From NCBI GenBank assembly GCA_963826715.1, contig CAWGYA010000008.1, positions 64,001-128,000 on the forward strand: a stretch of 64,000 nt of DNA, given 5' to 3'. Every line of letters starts with the position of its first letter. Positions within the stretch are counted from its first letter, which is position 1. The position numbers were made by a program, and so were the translations under genes. Origin of the DNA: Candidatus Bathyarchaeota archaeon. Its GTDB lineage: Archaea; Thermoproteota; Bathyarchaeia; Bathyarchaeales; Bathycorpusculaceae. Under the pieces are notes generated by a model. The model made no database searches. It was not told the origin of the DNA and saw only the letters and a list, made by a program, of their open reading frames with translations. Shown here piece after piece: positions 9,264 to 22,255 of the stretch.

Positions 9264-12200
9264 CTAACTTGTTAGGGTGGGTATTGATGGTGTTGCACCA
9301 TCAAGCAAGCTCCAGCCTGAGAAGCTATCAGTGGTCTGGTCTAAAATTCCATGCCACATGGTAACCTCATCACCGCCAACAACAACAATGTGAAGTTGAT
9401 CATCCACGGTCGTAGCTGCAGGAGTCTTTGCAGTTGAACCAGAGAAAGCCTCCCATCCTTGCCAACCCAGACTAGTATGTGTATTAAAGTAGATTCCACC
9501 ACTCATTCCTTTTACAAGCATTGTTACATCATCGCTCGTTTGGGAACATGTCAAGACTGCAGGAGCATCAGTCGTACCCGAAAGCATTTCCCAAGTAGAA
9601 GCACTGTTTGTATCAAGATTTACAGTACTGTACCAAAGAGTGCTGTTGATATAACTGTCAGTCGAGCTGTAGCCTCTAACCACCACATGAAGCATGTTAC
9701 CATTCTGAGTTGCCGCTGGAGTATCACAGGTTGCAGCATCTGCAATAACCTCCCAACTGCCCCATACTCGAGTTTCCGGATCATAGGTTCGATAGTATAT
9801 ACTGTTGTCTAATCCTTGAACTACAAGAGTCCCGGTCGTACCGTCAGATGTTAGAATTGGCGCCGAAATTGTTGTTCCACTAAGCACACTCCAGTCTGAA
9901 AAGACACTAGTTGATAGGTCAAGATAACCATGCCACAAGGTATAGCCATCTCCACCCTTAACAACTAAGTGAAGCTCATTGCCTATCACTGCAGCAGCAG
10001 GAGAATCAATAGTTTGACCTGGTAATGAAACCCAATCATTCCATGACTCAGAGATCGAATTATACGTCTTCACATAAATGCCATTATCTGATCCACGAAC
10101 AACAAGATAAGCATTCTCAGCCGCTATAGGAATGTCAACGACGTTTACTGTCCATTCTTGGTAGTCAGTCAACAAGCCATCGGATACTGTTACTCTGATT
10201 GTGTATGGGCCTGGTGCAGCTGTAGAGTCTGGTGTGTATGTCCAGTTGGCTGTTGTTGCTTGCTCTATTGTGTCTATTGTCCATGAGTAGCTGAGTGTGT
10301 CGCCATTGGGGTCTGAGGATATTTGGTTGAAGTCTATGCTTGAGCCTTCGTCAACACTTACTGGGTCTGCGGTTGGGGAGTACCAGTCGATTTTTGGAGC
10401 GATGTTCTCAAAGTTTGCGATAACATGTAGTGTGCTTGAGGTCATTGGTGTTCCATCTTCCCATGAGTCTATTGGGATAACTGTTACTGCGAAGTCATCT
10501 CCTATACTGGTTTCTTGGCTTACGATAGTGTTGCTTGCGCTTGAGCCGTCTTTGGTTTCGATGTAGCGTTGGAAGATTTGTTCAGCTGATAGTGCTCGCG
10601 GGTAGATGCGAACTTCGTCCATTTGACCGCCAAAGCCGTTACCAAGGTTTAGTAAGCCGTTTGAACTGGAGTCTATTGGGTCAGTGAACGGTGTGGTTGC
10701 CTGTATGGTTCCGTCTATGTAGAGGTTGAGTGCTACGCCGTCGTAGGTGATTACTACATGGTGCCATTCGCCCACGTTCTCGTAGTCGCTGAAATCAACG
10801 ATTGTACTTAAGCCGCCACTGTAAGCGTAGAAGCGGAAGCGATCGTTATTGGAGTTGTCGTAGACTCTGAGACGGTAGCTACTGGAGCCTTCAGTGCTTT
10901 GCATCATTATCGGATAACCGTTGCCATCGACTTTAATCCAAGATTCCACTGATAGCTGAGTCAAGCTACCTGTGCCGCTTAGACTGTTACTGACTTCCTG
11001 AACTGTAATTGCGCTGCCACTGGGGAAGCTATAAGCTCCGCCGACAACGCCGTCAGGAATCCACATTGCACCTACATTTAGTCCATCGTTACCAATGCTG
11101 GAATAGTCAAGCACAGTTCCGTTGTGATCGATGTATAGTGGGACTTCAGTGTCAAAAGGCATCACTAAGTTGGCGTATGGGTTGCCATTGACTGTCCAAG
11201 TATACACGTTGGTTACGTCGTCGCCGTTAGCATCATCTGTGTTCTGTGCTGTTGCGATTAGGTCTTCGCCGTCTTGGTTGCCGCCAGCGCTAGAGACTAA
11301 GCTTGGCACGTCAGTTGTTGGAGCAGTGTTTGCATAGATAGTGATTGGATCCGAAGTCACCATTGTGCCAAAATCTTCACCGTCGCTTGGTATTGCAGTG
11401 AAATACCATTCTTGGCCTGTAACAGTTGCTGAAGATGGAACCTGCAAAGCATCGTTGTAACTTTCCTGCAAAACATCATCCATATACCAGCGAATTTCAC
11501 TTCCAGATTCTGGGTTACCGTCTGCGTCATAGTAGGTGTAGACTGCATCTAGGTTTTGGCTCTGTAGACGTTGGTCGCCAACACGTAACGGGTAAATCTC
11601 AGGGTCTGAGGCAACTGGAGGTGTATTAATTATTTCAAAGCTTGTAGTAGTGCTCGTTGTTCCTTCATCGTATGAGTCTGTTGGAATTACGTCGCAAGCT
11701 AAGTCATCGCCTGAGCTGGCGAGTCCAAATGGCATGTATTTTGAGCTGCTGGTGTCGCCTGTAGCTGAGTTATCATACTCATTTTCTACTTGTTCTGCTG
11801 GAAGTGCATAGTTGAAGATTCTTACATCATCAATCATGCCAGCAAAAGGTTGTACGAGACGACCAATGTAAACTGGTTCACCCCGGCTTGGAGAAAGAGG
11901 TCCGCCGGAACTAGATGATTGTGCAACTTGAGCCCCATTTACATAAAGCCTCATGCCCACACCATCTTCATAAGTGAAAACGATGTGATACCAGGTTTCA
12001 AGTTCAAAGTTCACGTTTGCTGTTATGGCGCGCATGCGATCGACGGAGGCTTGGTTATCGTCATCGGCAACTTCTCCGGTGTATGGCCAAACTGCACCAT
12101 ATAAGCGATTGGCTGAGGAGCTTTCACTCTGGAACCCAAGGGCATAACTTGGAATCTTACCAACGATTGTTGAGCCATTGGTGTATTCATCAAGGTAAAC

Positions 12201-14518
12201 CCAAGCTTCAACAGTTACGCTACTCCAATCGCCATAGCCACCTAACTCGCGGTGGTTGTCAACTGAGTTTTGGTCGTTAAAGAAGCCTGCTCCACCGTCA
12301 CTTAGCACGATAGCATCATCTTTACCATCAAAATGATAAGCACCGCCAACAATTCCGTTCGGAACCCAAGCTGCACCGATTACTTCGCCATCGTTGCCAA
12401 ATCCGGAGTAATCCTTTGTTGAAGTTTCACTGCGAGTGTCGAAAGGCAATAGAACTTGATTCACAGAATCGCCGTTTACAGTCCATCTATAGATATTAGT
12501 GACGTCATTTCCGTTGATATCATCTGTTCCTTGAGCAGTAGTTGTAAAGTTAGATGTAACATATCCCATACCATCATCAGGAACCAAAATAGGTTGGTCT
12601 TGAGTTGGCGCACTGTTGCCAATTGGTGTTTCAAGTTCAGTGCGGAAAGTAAACATTGAGGACGTTGTTTCCGTGCCATCGTCTGCAGTGACAGTCCAGT
12701 AGTAGGTTGTGTCATAAGCTAATCCACTCACCGGAAGGGCAAGCTCATTCCATATAGAAGTTCCACTTGCAAGTGGAACATCGCTTACTGATCCAATGTT
12801 AGGTGAAGTCATCACTGAATAGGTCAAAGGATCACCCTGCTCATCCCTCAACTTGAAGCTTAAATCAGTAGTTGACACTGGGATTGCAAGTTTGTTATCA
12901 CCTGGATACATCGGCGCCACAAGAGGAGCAGTCCAATAGTCTTCGTCACCAGGCATTACCGTATGCCGAGCAACACCATGGCGGTCTTCACCATAGTAGG
13001 TAACTTCAGAACGCAGACGCTCAGTTTTTGTCAATCCATCCGCAACATTTCCTGTCCAACCAGGTGCGGGAGCTAAGGTATCAAAAGCATATACAGCACC
13101 TGAGGAAGCATCGACCAAGAGCTCAAGCAAACCATCACCATCAATATCTTGGGCAACTGGAAAACCAAGCTGAGTGCTCAAATGTCCACTGCCATATGTT
13201 CCAGGTGTATTTCCAGGGACACGGGTAACGTTCTGAATACTCTCGTAATCACTGTTCCATATGAAAATTGCGCCATACCAAAAGTTTTCATTGGCATTAT
13301 CGACAGATGTTCCGTTGGGGCACGATATTATTTCAGGACCTGGATTAGTCGGATCAATATCAGCAACTAGTGGACCCCATTTCCAGTCTCCATCAGCAAG
13401 AGAAAGTTGCGCATCCATCTGACCCGTCACTAAGTCGAAAACGTCAGTGTACGCTTGGTCGTCGTGATCACCGTCGTCACACAACAGCTCTAAATGTCCA
13501 TCTTGATCAATGTCGTAAGCAGTTGTTCCGTAGTGAACAGACAAATTGTTATTCCTCCAGTGATAGATTACTTCGCCATTTGTAGAATTAAGGACCCACA
13601 TGTTGTTGTACATGCCTGTGATAATATCTTGTATTCCGTCACCGTTAACATCTGCAAGAATTGGGGCCTGACTGCTGGTTAAATCATCAAGACGAATCCA
13701 GCGTTCAGTCAAGTTTGCAGCCCAATAAGATTTCACACCCTTGCCGTACCCACCATCGCTATAATCCATATCTCTATCACCTTGGTAGAGCTCAAATTCG
13801 CCATCGTTGTCGGTATCACCTAATGCGAGTCCACCAGAACAGGCACGCCAAGTAAAAGTTGTAGCCAAAATATTACCTTGATAATCTATTCTAACTATAG
13901 TACCATCATAACCACCTAATGGTGAAACATCCTGAGAAGCAAGGAAAATATCTAAGTGACCATCCCCATCAATGTCTCCAGCCACAGGTTTTGCCATGAC
14001 ACTACCGGACCCCACAGAACCACCAGGAGCCTGATCAGCCTGAGAATAAACTACCCACATCTCAGAAAGAGTTGAATCACCATCATATTGAACTGCAGCT
14101 AAACCAGGTTCATAATACAAAACAATAAAATATCAAGAACACCATCTCCATCAACATCATACAATTGTGGTTGACTGTAGGTTCCAATACGAGAGTTGTG
14201 ATATGTCGCAATCGTGGCCCCAGTGGTTCCATCAAATACATAGATGGTATCACCGCCAGTGCCACCACCTCCACACCAAACAACGTCTTCTTGACCGTCA
14301 CCTGTGACGTCACCCGCCACCATGCCACTCTCCCAATTGGTGCCTACACCGGTTCTCGTCCATTTAGGAGTCAAAACAGTTGTAGGACCAGCAGCCGATG
14401 CTTGAGGAATAATCAAAGCTAATGGCGTAACTAACATGCTAATTAATAGTACACTAATTAAAGTGAGATTAAACAAAGATTTACTAGATTTATGCAACAT
14501 ACATTTTACCTTCATCAA
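9264..14518 (-). CDS. Giant secreted multidomain protein: FG-GAP/Ca-binding propeller, Ig/cadherin-like domains, two LamG domains and a C-terminal Trp-rich lectin-like propeller; frameshift near 14120
   Basis: Signal peptide ending ...IIPQASA; repeated DxDGDG motifs; two LamG signatures (TVEAWV...WYHIVFTY...LYVNG...GMIDDVRIFNYAL and SVESWI...WHHVVITYDG...GQMDEVRIY); ORFs 14099..14518 and 9264..14120 are continuous apart from one shift. Confidence 0.8.
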
Positions 14519-14850
14519 TTAAAGTAGTTTTACCAAAACCGCTAATAAAGCAGTATTCCTAAAACTGATATATCACTATTTATATTTTGCGTGAACTATA
14601 AAAAAATTTGCCTAAGACTAAAAAAGGCAAATGAAGAAAAACGTAACTCATCAAACACCAAAAAGTGGAAATTAACCACAATTATATTTAGGTAAACGCC
14701 GATTGTAGCTTAATATCAGCTAAGAACAAAACGACGATACAACGAGCGATATAGCAAAATAAAATCAGGAACAAAGTGCAATTAAGACCCAAAAATAAAA
14801 GATCAGAAAAACTCCCAAGAAACTAAAATTTGCAGAAAATCAGTAAAAAG

Positions 14851-16434
14851 TTAACTCAAGAAAAAAACTGGAGTATTCTTTGCTGATAACTTATTATTAA
14901 CCCCTGCGATTTTAGTAAGAAAAGGTATATTTTGAATTGCAAAACTAGCTTGCTTTAATTCTGAAGGAGATACAACTTTGGCAATAGGCATCAATGTAAT
15001 GTAAGTAAATAGGTACAAGATAGCCCCTATAACAACTCCCAACAAACTGGAAAGTCCAGAATACGTAAGAATTAAAACTGGAGCCACAACAGACAAAATT
15101 GATGTCACATAGATCTTAAGCAAAGGCAAATTATCAAATTTAATCTTAAAGCGCCTGCGAGCATAAAAAGATGAGTAAATTTGACCTGAGGCGTTAGCAA
15201 TCAAGTACGCAATAATTAAACCCATAACACCAAATATACTCGCCAATAGCGGTGACAGAACTGCAAGAACAAGGAAAGTTAGTAGACTTATTCGCATGGT
15301 TATCTTTGTTTGACCTAGACCGTTGTAGAAACTCGCCAAAGTCAAGTAACCAACGCCCACCAAAAGGTAGACAAGACAATAAGTCCATAGAAACTGCGGG
15401 GCAGAATCATACGTCGACCCATATACAATGTGAACAATCGGATAAGAAAATGCAATTATCAAAATAGTCACGGGAACTACAATCATAGCAGTATACTTAT
15501 TAGCTACCTTGAAAAAATTAGATATTCTTTTACTATCGCCACTTTTGAGCTTTGAAAAAGCAGGAAGCATAATAGTCTGAATCGGAACCGAGAGAACTGT
15601 CAGTAACATAGCAAAATTCGTAGCAGCCTTAAAATTACCAATAGCAGCATCAGTGACAAAAAACGCAAGAACGATGTTTTGGAAAAGCGGAACCACCCCA
15701 ACAAGAACTGTAGACAAATAAAGAGGCGAACCATAATGCAACAAAACCTTTGTATTATCAGCAAAGCTAAACCTGCCCAAAACACCGAGAGGCTTCTGCT
15801 TGCGCAACAAAAAGTAAACCAAAACAACACCTACAACACCACCTATCAGATAGCTTACGACATGACCGATAATCGCTCCGGCAACAGCAAAACCCATAAG
15901 GATAAGCACAATTTGAATCAACGTCTTAGCAAATGACTGAATGTTCAAAGTCAACGCATTATACTCATTCTTATCCATCCCCACAAAAGCAGAAACAGAA
16001 GTAGCAAACAAAACCTGAAAGAGTATGGAAATGGCAGAAATCTGAACCAAAAAGCTCAACTCAGGCCTCTGCAAAACTACAGAAGCCAAAAAATCTGCAA
16101 AAACAAAAGTAAAAACAGATATTATTACACCCATTAACACTCGCAAAAGCAATCCATGCTTTATGATTGACGCTAAACGGCTATAATCACCCTTAGCTTG
16201 AAAATCTGAAGCAAACTTTGTAACACCCTGATTCAAACCAAGATCAGTAAAGAGAAACAGCAACTGAGGAATCACAATAACCAGCGAATATTGGCCATAA
16301 GAGTCAGAACCCAGCAATCGAGCAATAAGAATAGCACTTACTGCTAAAACAACAGTGGAAATTGCTGTTCCTGAAATCAGGAAGAAACTTCCCCGAGCAG
16401 ACTCTTGAGCAACCTTCATTACTTCATCTGACAT
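14851..16434 (-). CDS. Wzx-type oligosaccharide flippase (MOP superfamily)
   Basis: 527 aa with about 14 TM; IARLLGSDSYGQYS and DLGLNQGVTKF motifs; possible small indel near the C-terminus. Confidence 0.9.
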   Translation of the reverse strand: MSDEVMKVAQESARGSFFLISGTAISTVVLAVSAILIARLLGSDSYGQYSLVIVIPQLLFLFTDLGLNQGVTKFASDFQAKGDYSRLASIIKHGLLLRVLMGVIISVFTFVFADFLASVVLQRPELSFLVQISAISILFQVLFATSVSAFVGMDKNEYNALTLNIQSFAKTLIQIVLILMGFAVAGAIIGHVVSYLIGGVVGVVLVYFLLRKQKPLGVLGRFSFADNTKVLLHYGSPLYLSTVLVGVVPLFQNIVLAFFVTDAAIGNFKAATNFAMLLTVLSVPIQTIMLPAFSKLKSGDSKRISNFFKVANKYTAMIVVPVTILIIAFSYPIVHIVYGSTYDSAPQFLWTYCLVYLLVGVGYLTLASFYNGLGQTKITMRISLLTFLVLAVLSPLLASIFGVMGLIIAYLIANASGQIYSSFYARRRFKIKFDNLPLLKIYVTSILSVVAPVLILTYSGLSSLLGVVIGAILYLFTYITLMPIAKVVSPSELKQASFAIQNIPFLTKIAGVNNKLSAKNTPVFFLS

Positions 16435-16603
16435 ATGAAACCACCTCTAAAATCGCTATCTAACACATAACAATTATGCCCATTGAGCTCCAGAAAATCC
16501 AATATAACCTTTGTCACAACTAGGTCACAAATAAATTCACAAAATAGAGCCGCCCCAAAAAAATGTGAAAAAAGAACCAGAAAAAAGAATCGGTTCCGTG
16601 TCC

Positions 16604-17806
16604 TCAATTAACCAGCTCATAGAACGCAGGATAAGGAGTGAACCCATTCCAGATATTGTAGGTTTCACCCGTTCCTTTGGGTTGGCTAGCCCAGCAGAAG
16701 ATCCTATCCATATCATGGTTCTTTGCATACTGCACGAAAGCGGCAACGTAGCTTGCCTGAACAACTGTATTAGAATTTACTTTCCCAAACTCAGTTATCC
16801 AAATTTCTTTTCCCTGACTATGGGCAGTGTTAACGGCGGTTAAGAGCTTAGCTTCGGTAGTTCCATAGACTGAGACACTGGGGTTGCGAGCGTCCCAGTA
16901 TGTGTTTCTTGCCAGAAAGTCACAAGCTGCATCAATCGCAGGAGAATAGTGACCTGTGCTTGGTGAATATCCGCACATAAACCGAACTGAAACCGGTTTA
17001 TCTGTTAAGTCTTTTGCCGCAGTTATTACTCTAAGGATAAAGTTGTTGTTATCAGTTGTTGCATGGATGGCTGGAGGCTCGTTCATAACCATGAATGCTT
17101 TAACACCAGGAATGTCCATAGCTTTTATGAGATTTTCAACATATTTCACGTAGTGATTCTGGGCGGTCTGGCTTGGGAAAATTTGGTTCTCAAGTGTAGT
17201 ATACCAAGAATGACTGTCAATGTTCACTTGGATTCCTGCTTCAGAAGCGGCGGTAACTATTTTCTTTGCGACATTAATGGCGGTTGAGGATGGAGATTCT
17301 GAGGTATATTCGTTGTAAGCATTGAATCTTAGGGTTATTTCAGGGAGACCTTGATTGTCTATTGTGGATATGAATGTGTTTATGTTTGAGTCCGTAAAAG
17401 AGTAAAAGTTGATGAGTTCTGTTGATACAATTGTGCTTTGAGTTGGAGAGGGAGTAGGAGAAGGTGTAGCCGTGGGCACTGCAGTGGGAGTAGGTGAAGG
17501 AGCTACAGTTGGCGATGGAGTAGGAGAAGGTGTTGCCGTGGGTGCTGGAGTGGGAGTAGGTGAAGGAGCTATAGTTGGCGATGGAATAGGAGAAGGTGTA
17601 GGATTTGGAACTATGCGGATAGTTCCAAAAGCATGTAGATTAGCGTTTGGATTTGGGTCGGAATTCTTGACTAATTCGAATTCAGTAGAAAAAGCCTCAG
17701 TAGAAGGTTTCTTTGCCATGCCCAAGGGAAGAAGGGCAGCAAATATAGTGAGGATCAATACCGATATTACCAAGATTTTTTTTGATCTCGAAATTAATAG
17801 TTGCAA
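16604..17806 (-). CDS. Secreted clan GH-A (GH5-like) glycoside hydrolase with N-terminal Pro/Thr/Ser linker
   Basis: Signal peptide; VMNEP (acid/base) and WITEFG (nucleophile) motifs. Confidence 0.75.
   Translation of the reverse strand: MQLLISRSKKILVISVLILTIFAALLPLGMAKKPSTEAFSTEFELVKNSDPNPNANLHAFGTIRIVPNPTPSPIPSPTIAPSPTPTPAPTATPSPTPSPTVAPSPTPTAVPTATPSPTPSPTQSTIVSTELINFYSFTDSNINTFISTIDNQGLPEITLRFNAYNEYTSESPSSTAINVAKKIVTAASEAGIQVNIDSHSWYTTLENQIFPSQTAQNHYVKYVENLIKAMDIPGVKAFMVMNEPPAIHATTDNNNFILRVITAAKDLTDKPVSVRFMCGYSPSTGHYSPAIDAACDFLARNTYWDARNPSVSVYGTTEAKLLTAVNTAHSQGKEIWITEFGKVNSNTVVQASYVAAFVQYAKNHDMDRIFCWASQPKGTGETYNIWNGFTPYPAFYELVN
17451..17600. repeat. 66-bp tandem repeat (about 2.3 copies) encoding the PT/PS linker
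   Basis: Unit ggagtaggagaaggtgtagccgtggg...agttggcgat at 17451-17516 and 17517-17582, with a partial third copy. Confidence 0.85.
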
Positions 17807-17900
17807 GCTCGGTCGTAAATCTTACGACACACACAATCTTATAAGCTATATGCATCACAAATCAATGATAATACCTGTTGAACAAAAACACTACAAAAAA

Positions 17901-19556
17901 TTACCTATTCCCAAACACAACAAAGCCTTCGCTATCATACACTCGATTAAATCCCAGAGAATCAGCATCTCCATTTAAGGCATCAGAGAGAGGAGTATGC
18001 TGCATAAAATAATAGTAGTAGTTATCAGAAGTATTAGAAAGCACTACATAGTCACATCCAGAAGCACTATCTAAGACCTCGGCTGAACTAGGCACATACG
18101 TAAATGGTAAATTCTGTAAAACATCATAACTAATATTCTTAGCAGGTTCAAGATATCTCTGGAGCAAAGAAAAATCATACATAACCACAATATCGTTGGG
18201 AGTTTTCATAGTAACAAATTGAGCCCCCGAAAGATCAGTCTTCGTTTCAAGAGTGTAAGAATCAGCCCCATACTGAGCGGGTATATTTAGGAATAACAAA
18301 GCCACAATGACTACAACCAAAAGCTTAGGCTTCTTTGCTATAGCTAGAACACTAAAATATGAAAGTGGAAGCAAAGCAAACATAAGCGCACGTTGATAAC
18401 CTTCATGCGGACCATACTGAAAAAAGACAGCAACGACAATTAACACTACAAGCAATACAGCCCAAAAAATATTGATGTCATCACTAAAGAATTTGCTTCG
18501 CGAAATCTTGCTCCTGAAAGCCAAAATGATTCCAATGAGGGGCACTATACAATCAAAAGCTATAATCGCTAAAGTCGACCTATAATTCAAAACTTGTGCG
18601 GTAGAACCTGCAAGTCTGGACGACTCCTGAAGAATGCCACTCTGTATGGAAATCAGACCAGCAAAAACTTTTACCAAATAAGCAAAGAAGCCAATTGTAA
18701 AAATCAAATTATACAACAAAAATATCAAAAGAGCCAAAATAATCAACGGACCTGCATCCGAATGAATCCTAACTCGGTTAAAACGCTGTGAGATATATAA
18801 CACCGAAACAACGACAAGAGACATAACCGCTGAAAGAAAATGAGTGAAAATCGTACCAGTAAAGACAAGTAAAAACAAACCAGCCAAGACCGTTTTGTTA
18901 GAATTTTCAGAAAAAACGAATTTTAGAACTATTAAGAGACTTAGGAGGAAAAACAGAAAACCGAAACCCGGAGGCCCAAAGTACTGTTGCCGGAACCAAA
19001 AACTAGCAACAAATATTCCTACTCCAAGAAGTGAATGCGGAATAGTAAAACGCATTCGAAGTATAAAAAAGGTCAAAATTGCACAGAACGAAATAATAAA
19101 TACTGGAAATAGCTTCAAAATCGGAGTCACAGAAATTGCGGACAATTGAGTAAATATGCTTGAAAAATAGATAAACAGAGGCCAATTATAGTAACTATTT
19201 AGAGGTTGTCCAATACGATGAATTAAATGACCAGACGAATTAACTAAAGAACTCTCTCCGAATGGATAATAAGAATTGCTCAACCAGACCGGGTCTCTCA
19301 TGACTGCTGGAGCAAAGAAAAGATACCCGATAGTCAAAATAAGCGCAATCGATAAAACCCAGTTCTTTTTAGTGCCAAAAAACCATAGAGTGCCTAAACC
19401 GCCCAGTCCAATCCAAAAGGTAATTGGTAAAGAACTAGCTAAACCTAACCCAGACGGAGCAACGGAAAATATACGAGTAGTGCCAACGCTAAAGATCAAT
19501 AGACCAACAGTAATTCCGATCAGTAAATACATGAGAATATTTTCTCTCTGCGCCAT
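17901..19556 (-). CDS. Polytopic membrane protein, candidate polysaccharide polymerase or GT-C-like enzyme
   Basis: 551 aa with about 13 TM and a C-terminal external domain; YYNWPLF, QQYFGPPGF and THFLS motifs; lies between the flippase and the modifier genes. Confidence 0.55.
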   Translation of the reverse strand: MAQRENILMYLLIGITVGLLIFSVGTTRIFSVAPSGLGLASSLPITFWIGLGGLGTLWFFGTKKNWVLSIALILTIGYLFFAPAVMRDPVWLSNSYYPFGESSLVNSSGHLIHRIGQPLNSYYNWPLFIYFSSIFTQLSAISVTPILKLFPVFIISFCAILTFFILRMRFTIPHSLLGVGIFVASFWFRQQYFGPPGFGFLFFLLSLLIVLKFVFSENSNKTVLAGLFLLVFTGTIFTHFLSAVMSLVVVSVLYISQRFNRVRIHSDAGPLIILALLIFLLYNLIFTIGFFAYLVKVFAGLISIQSGILQESSRLAGSTAQVLNYRSTLAIIAFDCIVPLIGIILAFRSKISRSKFFSDDINIFWAVLLVVLIVVAVFFQYGPHEGYQRALMFALLPLSYFSVLAIAKKPKLLVVVIVALLFLNIPAQYGADSYTLETKTDLSGAQFVTMKTPNDIVVMYDFSLLQRYLEPAKNISYDVLQNLPFTYVPSSAEVLDSASGCDYVVLSNTSDNYYYYFMQHTPLSDALNGDADSLGFNRVYDSEGFVVFGNR

Positions 19557-19573
19557 AGGAAATCGATCTCTAA

Positions 19574-20887
19574 TTATATTGAAACATCTAACTTTGACTC
19601 TATTATTTTTAGTTTACCTGTCTTATTTAATGGCATTTCCTCAACGAAAACTATTGAAAACTCCATGGAGCCATCTTCAACTCCAAACATCGTTTTGAAA
19701 TGAGCCACAATTTCAGCCTCGATAATGCCCTCATCAACCGATGAGCCCTGCAACTTGAGATAAATCTTGATTCTATCCTTTTTTTCTTGCACAATTCGAA
19801 ATTGCTCAATGCAACTATTCAATCGAAAACTACTCATAGACACTGTAACAGCCCGAGGCGACAGCACCCGACCATCCGGGAGAAACAATAAAGAATCACT
19901 CCGACCCTCAATTCTACTCAACAATGGCAGAGTCCTACCACAGGAACATTCTTCACTAGAAAAAACACCAAAATCACCAACCTTATATCTAATCAAGGGC
20001 ATCGCGTAATTAAAAAGGCTAGTACACACTATCTCACCACTCAACCCAGCCCCCACTTCATTATCGCTAGCATCTACAGCTTGCATAATAAGCGAATCGG
20101 CATCTATATGATAACCTACCCGCTCAGGACACTGCCAAGCCATCCTCTCAAACTCAATCGTTGCATACTGATCATAAAAAGGAGCATCAAAAACATCTTC
20201 TATTACGTTTCTAGAAGCATCATCAATCAGTTCCGCGCCCCCAAAAATAATTTTAGGATTAATTCTAGGAATACCTTTTTTGCGGACTTCATGCGCCAAT
20301 AAAGATAAAGAACTTGAATAGCCATCTAGAATCTTAGGCTTAAATTTTCCTATGATTGACAGTTGCTTGTCTACATCCCAAAAAACCGAGACAAACTTGG
20401 GACTATAAAAGCGCAAATGTTTTTGGATCCCACCAACCTCACTGAAGTGAGAAGGCGAAGTAACAGTAAGCCATCGATCAAAAAACTTATGCCCAACACT
20501 AAAATTAGCTCTAAGATGCTTTGCTTTCCTAAAACCATCTTCCGCTCTACTAATATAAATACGCAGAGGCGTTCCAGTTGAACCACTCGTGGAAAGAACC
20601 CGCAAATTCTGTTTTGAATAATCCGATGAAATAAAATCACCCGAGTTTTGCCTGATGTCACTTTTGGTAATAATTGGCAACTTTTGCAGGTCATCAACAG
20701 TTTTTATTTGGTCAGGTTTGATCCCAACTGAATCAAACTTTCTTCGATAAAAAGGAACAGAATCGTAAGCATGCTGCACTACCTTCCGCAGACATCTATT
20801 CTGGTGCTCAACGAGATCATCTTTCTTCATATGAAGATTTCTCATAAGCCTATAGAAACTCTTAAGCGTACCATAATAATATGACAA
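19574..20887 (-). CDS. Phenylacetate-CoA ligase family / CapK-like adenylating enzyme
   Basis: STSGSTGTP, YATIEF and MPLIRYKVGD motifs. Confidence 0.85.
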   Translation of the reverse strand: MSYYYGTLKSFYRLMRNLHMKKDDLVEHQNRCLRKVVQHAYDSVPFYRRKFDSVGIKPDQIKTVDDLQKLPIITKSDIRQNSGDFISSDYSKQNLRVLSTSGSTGTPLRIYISRAEDGFRKAKHLRANFSVGHKFFDRWLTVTSPSHFSEVGGIQKHLRFYSPKFVSVFWDVDKQLSIIGKFKPKILDGYSSSLSLLAHEVRKKGIPRINPKIIFGGAELIDDASRNVIEDVFDAPFYDQYATIEFERMAWQCPERVGYHIDADSLIMQAVDASDNEVGAGLSGEIVCTSLFNYAMPLIRYKVGDFGVFSSEECSCGRTLPLLSRIEGRSDSLLFLPDGRVLSPRAVTVSMSSFRLNSCIEQFRIVQEKKDRIKIYLKLQGSSVDEGIIEAEIVAHFKTMFGVEDGSMEFSIVFVEEMPLNKTGKLKIIESKLDVSI

Positions 20888-20902
20888 ATAACCATCCTCT
20901 AA

Positions 20903-22240
20903 CTAATCACGTATTCGATTTTTAAGCGAAGACCGCAAAACTTCCCGCATTGCATCCTTAACTTCCTCTTGAAGAATAGGAATTTTCGTTTTTAACATTG
21001 AAACGATTCTTTCCTTATTTTCAATAAGCGTTCTAACTTTAGAAAAAATCAGATCGCTATCTACATCCTTCAATGGAATTAAGCACTCTGTAAGCCCAAG
21101 ATCGTTTAGAAAACCTGTCTGCTTATGGTCATATGCTATACAAACAGTCGGCACATACCCAGAAGTCGCCAAAACCATCGGATGCATTTTGGAAGAAATG
21201 AGCAAATCCATTTGTTCTAAACTTAATTTAAACTCATCCAAACTATCAATTTTAAACACACGCGCTCTATTACGATTCTTCATCTTACTCATGACGAGTT
21301 TGGATACTTCAAAATCATCATTCTCAAACCCCGTAATAAAATGAGGGAAAAAACAAACATCAAGGTCATATGCTTCAACAACCTTATCTAAAGCTCGAGC
21401 ATTCTGATCCACAAAATTCTGAAAATCTTTTTCTGAAAGACTCTGGTTGTAAACACCAATAGAAACACCAATTGACGGCGAACTAAAATTATGTACGGGC
21501 ACCTTAGGATCAGCAGAAAACAACAAGGCAGCATCTGAAGTAAGGGTCATTTCTGGAACTACACCAAGCTTTTTGAGGGCATCAAAAGAAACAGAATCTC
21601 TAATAATTAGGGAATCAAAATTATTCAAAGCCAGTTTGGACATCAACAAACCTAGCCTAGTCTTGAACGGACCTACAGAATTTGGAAACATTACTAAAGG
21701 TTTACCCAGGAAACTACCAACGGAAACCTCAATCATACGCTCGAAAAGCATAGTCCACCATGTGATTGCCCAGTAGATATTAAGCGGCAGCATAGAAGCT
21801 GTTTCTTTAAAATTTTCATCACTACAAGAAACAACTACGTCACTATGAGCCATTCTCTTCAAAACATCGTTTTTGTAGAATGATGGAAGCCCTATCCGAA
21901 CAAGAACAACTGAAGGAACAAGTAGTGCAGTTTCCCAAAACATCAAAAATAAACTGAATAACGATAAGATTTTGTAACGAATCGACTTTCGAGAAATACC
22001 CATTCTCTTTGCAAAATTATCCGCTACGACATAAGGCACATCAATTAGGGTAGGCTGAATGGCAGTACCTTCAGGGAGATTAAGTCTCTTTACACCCTCT
22101 ATATCAGTAGTTGATACAGACAAAGTAACGTTACCATCAATTATTTCTCTGAGGGCGATATCATCGCTCTTCAGCAAAGCCTGAGTTCCCTTATTACTCA
22201 TGTGACCTACATGAATTATGTGTATTTTTGATTCATCCAA
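20903..22240 (-). CDS. Polysaccharide pyruvyl transferase family protein (WcaK-like)
   Basis: NKGTQAL, NSVGPF, IRDSVS, DAALL and SSKMHPMV motifs. Confidence 0.85.
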   Translation of the reverse strand: MDESKIHIIHVGHMSNKGTQALLKSDDIALREIIDGNVTLSVSTTDIEGVKRLNLPEGTAIQPTLIDVPYVVADNFAKRMGISRKSIRYKILSLFSLFLMFWETALLVPSVVLVRIGLPSFYKNDVLKRMAHSDVVVSCSDENFKETASMLPLNIYWAITWWTMLFERMIEVSVGSFLGKPLVMFPNSVGPFKTRLGLLMSKLALNNFDSLIIRDSVSFDALKKLGVVPEMTLTSDAALLFSADPKVPVHNFSSPSIGVSIGVYNQSLSEKDFQNFVDQNARALDKVVEAYDLDVCFFPHFITGFENDDFEVSKLVMSKMKNRNRARVFKIDSLDEFKLSLEQMDLLISSKMHPMVLATSGYVPTVCIAYDHKQTGFLNDLGLTECLIPLKDVDSDLIFSKVRTLIENKERIVSMLKTKIPILQEEVKDAMREVLRSSLKNRIRD

Positions 22241-22255
22241 GATAGTTACCTCAAT

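Noticed and set aside
17451-17600. Tandem repeat as a possible CRISPR array
   Set aside because: The units are contiguous, in-frame coding repeats without unique spacers, and no cas genes are present
17472-17978. 168-aa Gly/Val-rich + strand ORF and the many other short antisense ORFs in the track
   Set aside because: They are shadows of real genes on the opposite strand (here, the reverse complement of the PT linker)
19574-20887. Phenylacetate catabolism
   Set aside because: No other paa genes; the context indicates a CapK-like role
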